Positions 38,077 to 48,530 of a stretch of DNA of 64,000 bases are shown in pieces. The stretch comes from an uncultured delta proteobacterium (GTDB taxonomy: Bacteria; Desulfobacterota; Binatia; UBA9968). Positions within the stretch are counted from its first letter, which is position 1. Each line of letters begins with the position of its first letter. The position numbers and the translations under genes are program-made. The stretch is from contig CAVSHR010000008.1 of assembly GCA_963727625.1 (NCBI GenBank), positions 160,001 to 224,000 on the forward strand, read 5' to 3'. A model generated the notes under the pieces. That model was not told where the DNA came from. It saw nothing but the letters and a program-made list of their open reading frames with translations, and made no database searches.

Positions 38077-38158
38077 CCGTTCAAATGTTTAAGAGTTCAA
38101 GGGTTCAACGACGGACTCCAGACCCTTTGAGCTTTTTTAACGGTTGAACCTTGAACGG
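38077..38158. repeat. Long imperfect palindrome made of GTTCAA/TTGAAC units
   Basis: CCGTTCAA..GTTCAAGGGTTCAAC....GTTGAACCTTGAACGG. Confidence 0.65.
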
Positions 38159-38168
38159 TAGTTAAATC

Positions 38169-39650
38169 TCAATCCAACTCCGGACGATTCGGTTTGCCGA
38201 TAAAGCCCGGACCGAAGCCGGCTTCGTTGGCGGCCCAGGCGCCGGCGACGCGGCCGCTGAAGACCGACGGGCCGAGCATGGTTCCTTCCAATCCGGCTTT
38301 GCCGTTGATATGGCCGCCGGCCATGCCGGAAACTTCGCCGGCGGCGTACAAACCGGGGATGGGCTCGAAGTATTTATTGAGCACGCGGCAGCGCAAGTCG
38401 GTCTTCACACCGCCGAAATTTTTCCGCGCCAGCGGAAAAATCTGGATCGCATAATAGGGCGGCGTGTCGAATTTCTTTGAAACTTTCAGCGATTTGCCGA
38501 ACTTCGGTTCTTTCTCCAGGCCGGCGTCGAAGCATTCGTTGTAGGCGGCGATTTCAGCAAGAAAGTTGTTCTGATCCTCGACGCCGGTTTTTTGCGCCAG
38601 TTCTACAAGCGAGTCGGCCTTTTTTATGTAAGGCGAATTATCCAAAAGTTCTTCAACCTTGGCGCGGTCGATAACCTCGCCACGGCGATAGTAGGGATCG
38701 GCGACGTCGATCTTGGCCAGCATCGGCGTGTCGGCGATCGCCCAGGCATGCGGCGGGTTCTGCGCCAAAAGCGCGGGCGAGGCGGAGGCGCCGCCGGTGA
38801 GTGATTCATTGTGAAAGCGCCGGCCCTGCTGGTTGAACCAGAGGTAACCGGGCACCATGCGAAACACCAAGCCGCGCCGCTTTTGCGGATCGCGGTAGTC
38901 CGGGGTGGCGTAGACGTAAAACCAGATATGATCCATGTGGGTGAAATAGCCGCCGATCGCTTTGATCAGCTTGTGGCCTTCACCCTTGGCGCCGAAACCG
39001 GAACCCTCCATCACTTTGAATTGTTTAAACTCCGGCCGATGCTCCAAAATCATATCCAAATTGGAGTTAAAACCGCCGGTGGCGACGACGACGGTTTTGC
39101 TACGGATTGCCAAATCTTCGCCGTTCCGCGTTGCGGTCATGCCGCAGACTCGGCCGGTTTGCGTCAGCAGCTTGCCCGCTTTGGTAGAGGTCATGATTGT
39201 GACGTTGGGAAGCAATTGCGCGGTTTTGATCAACGCGGTCATCAAGCCCAGGCCGTTATTGTTTGGCCGATGCCAACGCAGGACTCGGTTGCCCTCCTGA
39301 AACTTCATGTCGACCCACTTGGCGCCGCAGCTCTCGGCCCAATGATAGAGATCGTGCAAGGAATGCTCGAGATAATAGCGCGCCCACACTTCGTCGGCCG
39401 CGCCGCCGCCCCATTTGACCCAATCTTCGAAAGCCTGGTCCGGGGTATCCTCGATGCCTTGGGCTTTTTGCAACGGTGTGCCGACGATGCAACAGCCGCC
39501 GCCGGAGATCGCCGCCGTTCCGCCGCAATCGGCCGCGCCTTCCAAGACGACAGCCTTGCCGCCGGCGCGCGCCACTTCGATCGCCGCGGGGATGCCCGCG
39601 CCGCCGCCGCCAATGATCGCCACATCGGTTTCAATCTTCGCATTCGCCAT
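38169..39650 (-). CDS. FAD-dependent oxidoreductase (FAD_binding_2; fumarate reductase/KstD/TcuA-like)
   Basis: DVAIIGGGGAG, GGTAAISGGG, VATGGF, GRRFHNE, IPGLYAAGE, SGRVAG. Confidence 0.88.
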   Translation of the reverse strand: MANAKIETDVAIIGGGGAGIPAAIEVARAGGKAVVLEGAADCGGTAAISGGGCCIVGTPLQKAQGIEDTPDQAFEDWVKWGGGAADEVWARYYLEHSLHDLYHWAESCGAKWVDMKFQEGNRVLRWHRPNNNGLGLMTALIKTAQLLPNVTIMTSTKAGKLLTQTGRVCGMTATRNGEDLAIRSKTVVVATGGFNSNLDMILEHRPEFKQFKVMEGSGFGAKGEGHKLIKAIGGYFTHMDHIWFYVYATPDYRDPQKRRGLVFRMVPGYLWFNQQGRRFHNESLTGGASASPALLAQNPPHAWAIADTPMLAKIDVADPYYRRGEVIDRAKVEELLDNSPYIKKADSLVELAQKTGVEDQNNFLAEIAAYNECFDAGLEKEPKFGKSLKVSKKFDTPPYYAIQIFPLARKNFGGVKTDLRCRVLNKYFEPIPGLYAAGEVSGMAGGHINGKAGLEGTMLGPSVFSGRVAGAWAANEAGFGPGFIGKPNRPELD

Positions 39651-39879
39651 GAGCCGCTCCTTCAATTCATGCCGGTTTATGCTCGACGATTTATCACCCT
39701 TGTCAATGCACGGTCAAATCAACGCGGATCGCGCGGCGACGACAGTCCTTTCGCGTGGCTCGCGACCTTCCGCTTAGAATAAATCAATAAACTGCGCTAA
39801 CCGTAATCTTAGATAGTCCATCGATTGACGGCGAAAGGTCAAGATTGCAGCCGATGAACAGTATCTCACGGGTGTGGTC

Positions 39880-39908
39880 TTGACCCGGCGCGGTCGGATT
39901 TTTACAAT
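39880..39908 (+). promoter_or_regulatory. Sigma70 promoter of the TIR gene
   Basis: TTGACC-N17-TACAAT. Confidence 0.6.
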
Positions 39909-40030
39909 ACAAAGCGCGGCGCATTTCTTACAATGGCGACATGCAAATTCATTATTTGTTTTTCATCCCGAATTGATTTGCCCACAGCCGAGCTGGACCT
40001 CGTCGGGAGCAGCCGTGGGTCAAAAAGCAA

Positions 40031-41467
40031 ATGACGGACATCTTTTTAAGCTACGCTAACGAAGATCGCGATACTGCAGCGCGATTGGCGGCCCATCTCG
40101 AGTCGATCGGCTGGCGCGTCTGGTGGGATCGGCGTATTCCGGCGGGGCGGACCTGGCGCGTGATTTTGGAGAATGCGCTCACCGAGATGCGCTGCATGAT
40201 CGTGCTCTGGTCGAAACATTCGGTCGAGAGCCCTTGGGTTGCGGAAGAGGCCGAAGAAGCGCGGCGGCTCGGCAAGACGCTGGTGCCTGTGCTGATCGAG
40301 CGAGTCGAGCCGCCGATAGGATTTCGCGCCATACAGGCAGCCGATCTTTCCCATTGGGACGGTTCAGCCGACGATCCGACCGTTCAGATGCTCGTTACCG
40401 ACTTGAAGTCTTTGCTTGGCGCGCCGCGCGAACAGCCTCACGACCGGCGCGAATTTGTCGCGCCGCACTCCAAAGATTCGTGGCGCACAGAATGGTTGAC
40501 ACGCCATTGGTCGAAGCTTTCAGTGGGGGGAGCGGCGCTGCTAGTTATCTTTGCGCTCTGGCAGTATGGAGCGCTACTCAAACCCGACTCCGGTCCAGCG
40601 GTGACGGCAGTGAACGAGGAGCGCGCGGAAGCTACTCTGGCGCCGCAGTTAACCGGTGTGTCGTTGCACGGCTCGCGACAAATTCTCAAACCCGCGGAGA
40701 CTCTTAAACTCACCGTTACGGGAAAATATTCCGATGGCTCCGAGAGTGAAGTCAAGGACGGTATTGAGTGGTCGAGCAGCGACACTCGCGTCGCTGCTGT
40801 CGACGAAGACGGCGAGGTGCGAGCCCTGCAAAGCGGCACGACCCATATCGTGGCAAAAATCGGTGCGGTGGCGAGCTCCACATGGACGCTCGACGTCGAA
40901 GCGGTGAAACCGACCGTCAAAGCGGCGGCGCCGCAGCTGGTTGGCCTCAAAATCATCTCGAACAAAAATGAGCTCAGCGAAAATGAAAAAATCCGGTTGC
41001 GGGCAACCGGGCGATATTCGGACGACAGCGAGAAGGATGTCTCCAGCGAAATCACTTGGAAGAGTAGCAATCGCGCGGTCGCGTCGGTCAATGGCAGCGG
41101 AGAGCTGCAGGGCTTAAAGCCGGGAAATGTTGAAGTGGTGGCGCGAATGCAAAAACTGGCGAGCGCGCCGCGGACTTTCATGGTCAAGGAGCCGCCGGGT
41201 GGAGTAGCCCCACAAACGAAATCGCTGAAGGCCATACCGCTACCGGTTCAGCCAGCGGTGCTCACGGAACAAGCGAAAACCAAGATCGCGGACCGATTGA
41301 ATCGCGCTCAAAATTACCGCGAACAGGGAAATTACGCGGCCGCATTGGCTGAGCTGGAGCAGGCGAAAATCATCGACGGCACGAACGCGGAAATCCGTGA
41401 GGCCATCGAGCAAACCAAACGGGCGTGCAATGCGGAAAGGGCGCTCGGCAATAAAGTGACTTGTTAG
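40031..41467 (+). CDS. TIR domain - TM - two Big_2 Ig-like domains - TPR-like helical domain
   Basis: DIFLSY..ED..VWWD..IVLWS..SVES.WVAEE (TIR_2); TM GGAALLVIFALW; two TGxYSD.SE..V...WxSS...VA.V...G repeats; A..YREQGNYAAALAELEQA. Confidence 0.88.
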   Translation: MTDIFLSYANEDRDTAARLAAHLESIGWRVWWDRRIPAGRTWRVILENALTEMRCMIVLWSKHSVESPWVAEEAEEARRLGKTLVPVLIERVEPPIGFRAIQAADLSHWDGSADDPTVQMLVTDLKSLLGAPREQPHDRREFVAPHSKDSWRTEWLTRHWSKLSVGGAALLVIFALWQYGALLKPDSGPAVTAVNEERAEATLAPQLTGVSLHGSRQILKPAETLKLTVTGKYSDGSESEVKDGIEWSSSDTRVAAVDEDGEVRALQSGTTHIVAKIGAVASSTWTLDVEAVKPTVKAAAPQLVGLKIISNKNELSENEKIRLRATGRYSDDSEKDVSSEITWKSSNRAVASVNGSGELQGLKPGNVEVVARMQKLASAPRTFMVKEPPGGVAPQTKSLKAIPLPVQPAVLTEQAKTKIADRLNRAQNYREQGNYAAALAELEQAKIIDGTNAEIREAIEQTKRACNAERALGNKVTC

Positions 41468-41509
41468 GGTTATGCAGAACTATCGCTGGGAGGATGAGGC
41501 CTGTCGATT

Positions 41510-42358
41510 CTAACGCCGCAGTTGACGGTCTCGCTCCGCGCGCTCGTCGCGGCGCGCGCGGTCATTTTCTTCTTCGAGTTTGTATCCGACTTCTTCCGCG
41601 TTTAAAATAATTTCGCCCCAATTCTTCGGCTGCGCCGCGAGCTGCTGCAGGGTCAGTTGAATCTGACTGCGGATATCTTGCCCCGGGTCCCAAAATTTTC
41701 CTTGCGGCGCATTTCTAGTAAAATCATCGAGCCAATCGCGCAATCCCGCTAAAGCCGTCGTGAGTTCCTTCCGACCTCGTGCTCGGCGCGCTTCGTTGGG
41801 TTGGTTGGACTTGCCGCCGTCAGCGCGCAGATGTTTGAGCTCGTTGATCAAAACGGCATCGGCGCCAGCGTTGCGCAGCTGATTTTCGGTTTCCTTAGTG
41901 AGATCAAAAGCGACGCCGCGCTGGCGCGCCAGGGTCGCGACGCGTTTGGGTTCGACGCCTTCTCGAAGCGCAAAAGTGACCTCCTGCAACTTGAAGGCGG
42001 CGGGCGCAGCCACCAACGGCATAGGACGCACCAGAGTCAGGCCCAGATACAATCGGGCAATGTAGTCGTCACTCAGATAGGAAAGAGCCTTTTCAAATGC
42101 TTGGCTGGCTTCGGCGAACCTGCCCGAATTATAGTGAGCGCGGCCGATGTAGGTCCAAATGTTTCGTTGTGGCAAGACGGAATCGGAAACGAAAGCGGGA
42201 TTGCTGCTGGCGACGCGCTGGAAGTAACCAAGTGCGTTGTCGGGCTCGCCTCGCAACAAAGCTTGCCGCCCGGTCGAGAATTCACTCTGCTGTCCGAATC
42301 CAGCGCAGGCGCATAGCAAAAGCAGAGCGACCCAGCATCGCATACGAGAAAATTTCAT
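41510..42358 (-). CDS. TPR-containing putative lipoprotein
   Basis: LLLLCAC lipobox-like signal; TPRs (WTYIGRAHYNSGRFAEASQAFEKAL, ARLYLGL); start 42358 or 42400. Confidence 0.75.
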   Translation of the reverse strand: MKFSRMRCWVALLLLCACAGFGQQSEFSTGRQALLRGEPDNALGYFQRVASSNPAFVSDSVLPQRNIWTYIGRAHYNSGRFAEASQAFEKALSYLSDDYIARLYLGLTLVRPMPLVAAPAAFKLQEVTFALREGVEPKRVATLARQRGVAFDLTKETENQLRNAGADAVLINELKHLRADGGKSNQPNEARRARGRKELTTALAGLRDWLDDFTRNAPQGKFWDPGQDIRSQIQLTLQQLAAQPKNWGEIILNAEEVGYKLEEENDRARRDERAERDRQLRR

Positions 42359-42567
42359 AGACAACCAAATTAGGATAGGTGTTGGCCGGTTAAAACTCAA
42401 GTGACAAGTCTTTGTATGCTCGACACAAGCGCATCTTGCTCGGGCAAAATGAACTGTCGGGGCGCTTATGTTTCCGCGCGCATGCGACTGCGGACGGGCT
42501 CCAATTTTTTTTGCGTTTGGTTGTGGGCTTCCCGGCTCTCTGTTAATGAAAGTGGAGCTTTTTCACA

Positions 42568-43809
42568 ATGCGTTTTTCACCCACACCTTGGTTTGTCGCC
42601 GGCATTGCGTTTGTCGTGCTCGGTTTTTCCCGCGGCATTCATTCTTCCTTCGGCGTATTCAACGTCGCCTTGCTCGACACCTTCGGCTGGAGCCGGGGCG
42701 CCACAGCCGGGATTTTTTCCATTGTGCTCAGCGTCGACGCGCTGCTCTCGCCGCTGGTCGGCCATCTCCTGGATCGCTACGGTACCAAAAAAATTTGCAT
42801 CGCAGGCTGCTTTGCGCTGGTGGCTGGACTGCTGCTGAGCAGCCAGGTGTCGGCGCTTTGGCAGTTGTACATTTCCTTCGGAATCATTCTCGCCATCGGC
42901 TTTACCTTTACCGGCATGGTGCCGCATGTATTTCTGGTTTCCGAATGGTTTTCCGCCAATCGCGCATCGGCCATCGGGTTTGTCTACGCGGGCACGGGGC
43001 TGGGGATTTTGCTGCTCGCGCCGCTGAGCGAGTGGTTGATTTCGAGCTACGGCTGGGCGCGCGCCCTGAACATTTACGCCGCTGTGGTTCTTGTCGGGTT
43101 GTTGCCGCTCGTGTGGTTATTTTACCAGCATGGGCCGCACGGGCAGCATCGGCGTCATCGCGCTGAGAAGGGCAACGAGCAGAACCAGTGGACCGCCAAA
43201 CTGGCGTTGCAAAGCTTGCAGTTCTGGCTGCTTTTCGTCGCGCGGATCGCGGCGGCGTCGGGCACTACCGTGATCGTAACGCACCAGGTCGCCCATGTGG
43301 TTGACGTCGGCTTTAGCAAATTTTTGGCCGCATCGATATTCGGACTGGCTGGTATTACCAGCAGTTTCGGTCGTGTGATTTTCGGCTTCATCGCCGACCG
43401 TCTCTCCAAGCAGGCCGCCTACACGCTCAATATCGCCATGACCGTCGTCGGCGTCGGCGCATTGATGTTGCTGCATGATCCCAGCCAGCTCTATCTGCTT
43501 TACATCTTCGTGATTTTTTTCGGCATCGGTTTCGGTTCTCGCGCGGTGATTTTCTCGGCGCTCACTGCCGATATTTTTTCCGGCAGGGGCTTCGGTTCGA
43601 TCCTCGGGTACTCAACCGTGGCCGTCGGGGTGGGCGGCGCGCTCGGTTCTTATCTTGGCGGCGTCTTTCATGACTGGACCGGCAGTTATTTGGTCTCGTT
43701 CGCGCTCTCGACGCTGGTCTTAGCGATATCCGACGTTTGCATCTGGGTCGCTTCGATCCCGGCGGTGGCTGACTATGACCAGCGGCTCTGGGCGCGGCAG
43801 GGGCTCTAG
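42568..43809 (+). CDS. MFS transporter
   Basis: FGWSRG, GHLLDRYGTK, GFIADR, DWTGSY; about 12 TM. Confidence 0.9.
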   Translation: MRFSPTPWFVAGIAFVVLGFSRGIHSSFGVFNVALLDTFGWSRGATAGIFSIVLSVDALLSPLVGHLLDRYGTKKICIAGCFALVAGLLLSSQVSALWQLYISFGIILAIGFTFTGMVPHVFLVSEWFSANRASAIGFVYAGTGLGILLLAPLSEWLISSYGWARALNIYAAVVLVGLLPLVWLFYQHGPHGQHRRHRAEKGNEQNQWTAKLALQSLQFWLLFVARIAAASGTTVIVTHQVAHVVDVGFSKFLAASIFGLAGITSSFGRVIFGFIADRLSKQAAYTLNIAMTVVGVGALMLLHDPSQLYLLYIFVIFFGIGFGSRAVIFSALTADIFSGRGFGSILGYSTVAVGVGGALGSYLGGVFHDWTGSYLVSFALSTLVLAISDVCIWVASIPAVADYDQRLWARQGL

Positions 43810-44007
43810 GCGTTGCTTCGGGCGCCGCCCAACAGGGCTCGGTAGTCCCGTTTTTCAACATTTAAACTCGTCCATCGATCAAGCCCGCCGCCTGCGCTCG
43901 TCTAATCAATTAGCCGCTGGTGAGTGACGCTAAAGCGCCGCGGCGGATTGCCTCGTGTCTTGAGGGCATCTGGCATAGTTGCTACTTTGAATTGTTGCGG
44001 CAAACCT

Positions 44008-44376
44008 ATGGACGCTCGGTTACGAGAAGGCATACGTCTGTTTAACGACAGGAAATTCTTCGAATGCCACGAGGCATTGGAAGGTTTTTACCAGGAAACC
44101 GACGTCGCCCATAAACCGTTTCTCGAAGGCTTGATCGAGCTGGCCGCCGCGTTCCGCTTGTTTTGCGACTTCGGCGAGATCAAAGGGCCGGTGCGCATGA
44201 TCAACCAGGCGCTGATTCGGTTTGAAAATTACCAACCATCGTTTCTGCAAATTCACGTTGCAGATCTCTGCCAAGCGCTGGAGGCCTGGGCAAAGGCGGC
44301 GGAAGCGGCTGACGCTATGCCAAGTGCATCCAGTATTCCCAAAATCCAGTTCCAGCGATTCAGTTTATTCTCATGA
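44008..44376 (+). CDS. DUF309 domain protein
   Basis: GIRLFN..KFFECHEALE..F.EGLI.LA. Confidence 0.8.
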   Translation: MDARLREGIRLFNDRKFFECHEALEGFYQETDVAHKPFLEGLIELAAAFRLFCDFGEIKGPVRMINQALIRFENYQPSFLQIHVADLCQALEAWAKAAEAADAMPSASSIPKIQFQRFSLFS

Positions 44377-47300
44377 CCGGCAGCGCTCTCGCGGATCGAC
44401 TCGAGCGGTTTCTTCAGGGAACCTGGACCGGCGCCAAACGGATCCAGGGCCTGCAGGGCGGGGCGCGTGCTTATTTGCTTTCTTTGGCTGCGGCGCGGGA
44501 GCGCCGGCCGATTCTTGTCATCGCCGCCGGGGCACGCGAGGCGGAAAATCTTGCCGATGATCTAAATTTTTTTCTCGGTGGGGAAGATTTTCCGGCGGCG
44601 TTGCGCCGCAGCGTGCAGCTGTTTCCCTCCTGGGAAGTGCTGCCGTTTGAGAAACTCTCTCCTCATCCGGAGAATATCGCCGGCCGTCTCGAAGGGCTCT
44701 ATCGGCTGGTTGAAGAACCGGCGCCGATTTTGATCGCCACGCCCGCGGCGTTGATGCAGCGGGTCATCCCCAAAGAATCGCTCAAGCGATCTTATCTTTA
44801 CCTGGTCGCGGGCCAGGATTTGCAGCGCGACTCCCTGCTCGAACATTTGGCCGAGTGGGGTTTTCAAAACGTACCGCTGGTGGAGGAGCGCGGCGATTTC
44901 AGTCTGCGCGGCGGCATCGTCGATATTTTTTCACCGGGCTACGGTCGGCCGCTTCGGCTCGAATTCGACGGCGATCGCTTGGAGTCGATCCGCGAGTTCA
45001 ATCCGTCGAACCAGCGCAGCGAGCGGATTCAAGAGGAAATGCTCCTGCTGCCGATGAAGGAATTCTCGCTCAAGTGTGCCGGCCTGGACGAAGCGCTGCG
45101 CCGGTTGGAGCAACGCGCTGCCGAGCTGGAGGTTGACCGGCGCGAAAGAATTAGCCTCATCGAGTCCCTGCGCGCCGGCATCGCGGTGCCGGGGATGGAG
45201 TTTTTATTACCTTATTTTTCTTCCTCCTTGGTGCCGGTGTTCGCTTACTTGCCGGCGCAGACCTTGATCTGGCTCGACAGCGCCGACCGGGTCGAAGCAG
45301 AAGCCGAACGTTTCGCTCAGCTCACCTGGGAGCGCAGCCAAAACGCCAGAGAAGAACATCGGTTGGCTGCCTCGGCGGAGGGGCTCTACCTCAACGAGCA
45401 TGAATGGCGCGACGCGCTGGCGCCTTTTTCTTTGGTTCACGGTGAGTCTTTGACGATTATGGCAGCCTCGGAGCGGGCGCAAGAAACCACCCTTACCGTG
45501 GAATCTTATTTGACCTCGGATATCCGTCAGGAAACCGCGTTGCATGGCAAAGACGCGTCGCTCGCGCCGTTGATCGAACGGTTGAAAACCTGGCAGTCGG
45601 AGAAGGTCATATTCGTCGCACCGACCAAGGGTGACGCCGCCCGGCTGGTTGAATTGCTCGGTCACTACGATTTGCACGTGCCGATGATCGAAGAGCCTAT
45701 ACCGGTCTTGTTGCAGCGCGACGATCTGGCACGGGCGATCGTCTGCGGCCATCTCAATCAGAGTTTCCGCCTGCCGGAAGCGCAGCTGGTGGTAGTTACA
45801 TTCGATGAAATTTTCGGCACCCGCAAGCGCCAGCCCACGGCCGCGACGAAGAACTACCCGAGCCATTTTTTAACCAGCTTAAGCGAACTCAAGCAGGATG
45901 ACTTCGTGGTTCACCTCGATCATGGCATCGGGATCTACCGTGGGCTCAAATTTTTAAAGGTCGCCGGCATCGAAGGCGAGTTCCTCCATTTAGAGTACTC
46001 CGGCGGCGATCGGCTGTATCTGCCTGTGGACCGCATCAACATGGTGCAGAAATATATCGGCGGCGACGGCGCGGCGCCGGCGCTTGACCGCTTAGGCGGC
46101 ACGTCGTGGGAAAAGGTCAAAGCCAAAGCGCGTAAAGCGATTCTCGCCATGGCCGAAGAATTGGTCCAGCTCTACGCCCTGCGCGAGGCGCGCGCCGGCA
46201 CGGCCTTCGCGCCGCCGGATAACATGTACAAGGAGTTCGAAGCCGCCTTCGAATACGAAGAGACGCCCGACCAGCAGCGCGCCATCGACGATACCCTGGC
46301 CGGCATGCAAGGGAAAAAACCGATGGACCGGCTGGTCTGCGGCGACGTCGGTTACGGCAAAACCGAAGTGGCTATGCGCGCGGCGTTTCTGGCGGTTGAG
46401 GGAGGCAAGCAGGTCGCGGTGTTGGCGCCGACGACGATTCTCGCGCAGCAACACTTGCAGACCTTCCGCCATCGCTTTCGCAATCATCCGGTGTGCGTCG
46501 AGATGGTGAGCCGTTTTCTCACCGGCAAAGAAATTGCTCAGGTCTTGGAAGAAACCGCCAGGGGCAGAGTCGACGTCGTCATCGGCACTCACCGGCTGTT
46601 GCAAAAGGACGTGGAGTTCAAAGATTTGGGCCTGGTGATCATCGACGAAGAGCACCGCTTCGGCGTGGTGCATAAGGAACGGTTGAAAAAAATGCGCCAG
46701 CTGGTCGACGTGCTGAGCCTCACGGCAACCCCGATTCCGCGCACGCTGCATATGTCGCTGGTGGGCATACGCGACTTGAGCATCATCGAGACGCCGCCGG
46801 TGGACCGCCTGGCGATTCAAACCTACGTGACTCGCTACGACGAAAGCTTGATTCGCGACGCGATCCTGCGCGAGCTTGAACGCGGCGGCCAGGTATTTTT
46901 TCTGCATAATCGCGTCGAGACCATCGACCGGCTGGCGCTGAAGCTCGCCGACCTGGTTCCCGAGGCGAAGATGGGCGTGGCCCATGGGCAGATGCGCCCC
47001 AAAGAGCTGGAAAAGGTCATGCTCGAATTTTTCGAGAACAAAACCCATGTGCTGGTTTGCTCGGCGATTATCGAGTCCGGCCTCGATTTTCCCAACGCCA
47101 ACACGATTATCATCAATCGCGCCGATCAGTTTGGCTTGGCGCAGCTCTATCAGTTGCGCGGCCGGGTCGGCCGCTCCCATCGTCACGCTTTCGCCTATTT
47201 GCTCATTCCCGGGGAAAAAGCGATCACGCCGGACGCCGAAAAGCGCTTGCGCGCGCTGCAAGAGATAGACGGCTTGGGCGGCGGGTTCAAGCTTGCGCTG

Positions 47301-47927
47301 CATGATTTGGAAATCCGCGGCGCGGGCAATTTACTGGGCGAGCAACAATCGGGGCAGATCACCGCGGTGGGCTTCGAGCTTTACACCGAGATGATGGAAA
47401 ACGCCATTAAAGAACTTAAAGGCGAAGAACTGCTGCCGGAGGTGGAGCCGGAGATCCGCCTGGGCATTTCGGCCTATTTTCCCGATCACTATATTCCCGA
47501 CGCCAACCAGCGGCTTTATTTCTACAAGCGCTTGGCAAGCCTCAAAGATGAGCCAGAGCTTGACGAGCTGAAAGAAGAAATCAGAGATCGTTTTGGGCCC
47601 TGCGGCGCCGTCGTCGAGAATTTATTCTTGGTGATGAGCCTGCGCCGGGTATTGAAACAGTTCGTGGTCCAACAGATCAGCGTGTCGGACGGCAAAGTGT
47701 TCATGTTGTTTCATTCCGAGTCGCCGGTAAAGGTCGAAAAACTTTTGGAGCTGATTCGCAAGCAAAAAAACCGCTTCCGACTTTCGCCCGACGGACGGCT
47801 GTCGTTTACGCCGGTAAATCTGGATTGGCCGCCGTTGATCGAGGAGATCATCGAGCTGTTACACTCAATTCACGAAACACCAGCGGCGGAACCAATCGCG
47901 GCGGCGACGGTGCACGCGCAAACCTGA
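44373..47927 (+). CDS. mfd: Transcription-repair coupling factor
   Basis: RGGIVDIF, CarD-like [56 protein letters not shown]-terminus. Confidence 0.98.
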   Translation: MTGSALADRLERFLQGTWTGAKRIQGLQGGARAYLLSLAAARERRPILVIAAGAREAENLADDLNFFLGGEDFPAALRRSVQLFPSWEVLPFEKLSPHPENIAGRLEGLYRLVEEPAPILIATPAALMQRVIPKESLKRSYLYLVAGQDLQRDSLLEHLAEWGFQNVPLVEERGDFSLRGGIVDIFSPGYGRPLRLEFDGDRLESIREFNPSNQRSERIQEEMLLLPMKEFSLKCAGLDEALRRLEQRAAELEVDRRERISLIESLRAGIAVPGMEFLLPYFSSSLVPVFAYLPAQTLIWLDSADRVEAEAERFAQLTWERSQNAREEHRLAASAEGLYLNEHEWRDALAPFSLVHGESLTIMAASERAQETTLTVESYLTSDIRQETALHGKDASLAPLIERLKTWQSEKVIFVAPTKGDAARLVELLGHYDLHVPMIEEPIPVLLQRDDLARAIVCGHLNQSFRLPEAQLVVVTFDEIFGTRKRQPTAATKNYPSHFLTSLSELKQDDFVVHLDHGIGIYRGLKFLKVAGIEGEFLHLEYSGGDRLYLPVDRINMVQKYIGGDGAAPALDRLGGTSWEKVKAKARKAILAMAEELVQLYALREARAGTAFAPPDNMYKEFEAAFEYEETPDQQRAIDDTLAGMQGKKPMDRLVCGDVGYGKTEVAMRAAFLAVEGGKQVAVLAPTTILAQQHLQTFRHRFRNHPVCVEMVSRFLTGKEIAQVLEETARGRVDVVIGTHRLLQKDVEFKDLGLVIIDEEHRFGVVHKERLKKMRQLVDVLSLTATPIPRTLHMSLVGIRDLSIIETPPVDRLAIQTYVTRYDESLIRDAILRELERGGQVFFLHNRVETIDRLALKLADLVPEAKMGVAHGQMRPKELEKVMLEFFENKTHVLVCSAIIESGLDFPNANTIIINRADQFGLAQLYQLRGRVGRSHRHAFAYLLIPGEKAITPDAEKRLRALQEIDGLGGGFKLALHDLEIRGAGNLLGEQQSGQITAVGFELYTEMMENAIKELKGEELLPEVEPEIRLGISAYFPDHYIPDANQRLYFYKRLASLKDEPELDELKEEIRDRFGPCGAVVENLFLVMSLRRVLKQFVVQQISVSDGKVFMLFHSESPVKVEKLLELIRKQKNRFRLSPDGRLSFTPVNLDWPPLIEEIIELLHSIHETPAAEPIAAATVHAQT

Positions 47928-48039
47928 GGCCGCCAAAGGTTCAAAGCGTTGAAACCAGGAATGGATACGAAATTGCAATCCGGTCACCGATCGTAGGGCG
48001 AAGCGCGCGGTGGCCTTAGCTGAATTTGACACGGCGCCG

Positions 48040-48415
48040 CGCCACGCGCTCCAACTGTAATACCCGAGGGTGGTGATCGGCACTGCTTTTCTCACCGTCG
48101 CCGTGGCTTTCGGCTTGCGCAACGCCTTTGCGGTGTTCCTGATCGCGGTCAGTGAAGACTTTCATTGGAGCCGCGGTTTGGCTTCCGGCGCGCTGATGGT
48201 CGGCTCCATTGTCTGGACGGCGGAGGCGCAGGTGATTGGCAGGCTGCTGGATCGCACCGGCGCGCCGGGGGCCAACCCCCGCGCCGGCGGTGCGATCTAC
48301 GACTGGACGGGCGGTTATCGCGCCGCGTTCTAGATCGCCCAGGGCCCGGCCTCTGTGTCGGTTTATTTTATTTGGCTGGTCGGAGCGCGGCGCCACCGGC
48401 ACAGATTGTCCTAAG
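48040..48415 (+). pseudogene. Internally deleted MFS transporter remnant
   Basis: MFS N-terminus (AFAVF..DFHWSRG..GRLLDRTG) joined directly to an MFS C-terminus (GGAIYDWTGGYRAAF), with flanking stops. Confidence 0.75.
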
Positions 48416-48530
48416 ATAGCCTAGAGTCTGCCGGCTCCCTGCCAGAGTAATTTTTTGACCGGCGCTGGTTTGGTTTTTAAAGGGGAGTGTGGTAACTGTT
48501 TTGATGAGCTTGCGTAATAGTTTACTGGCC

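Noticed and set aside
40031-42400. Thoeris or another named defence system
   Set aside because: No ThsA-like SIR2/Macro effector, cyclase or other defence genes adjacent; reported as a receptor-like protein instead
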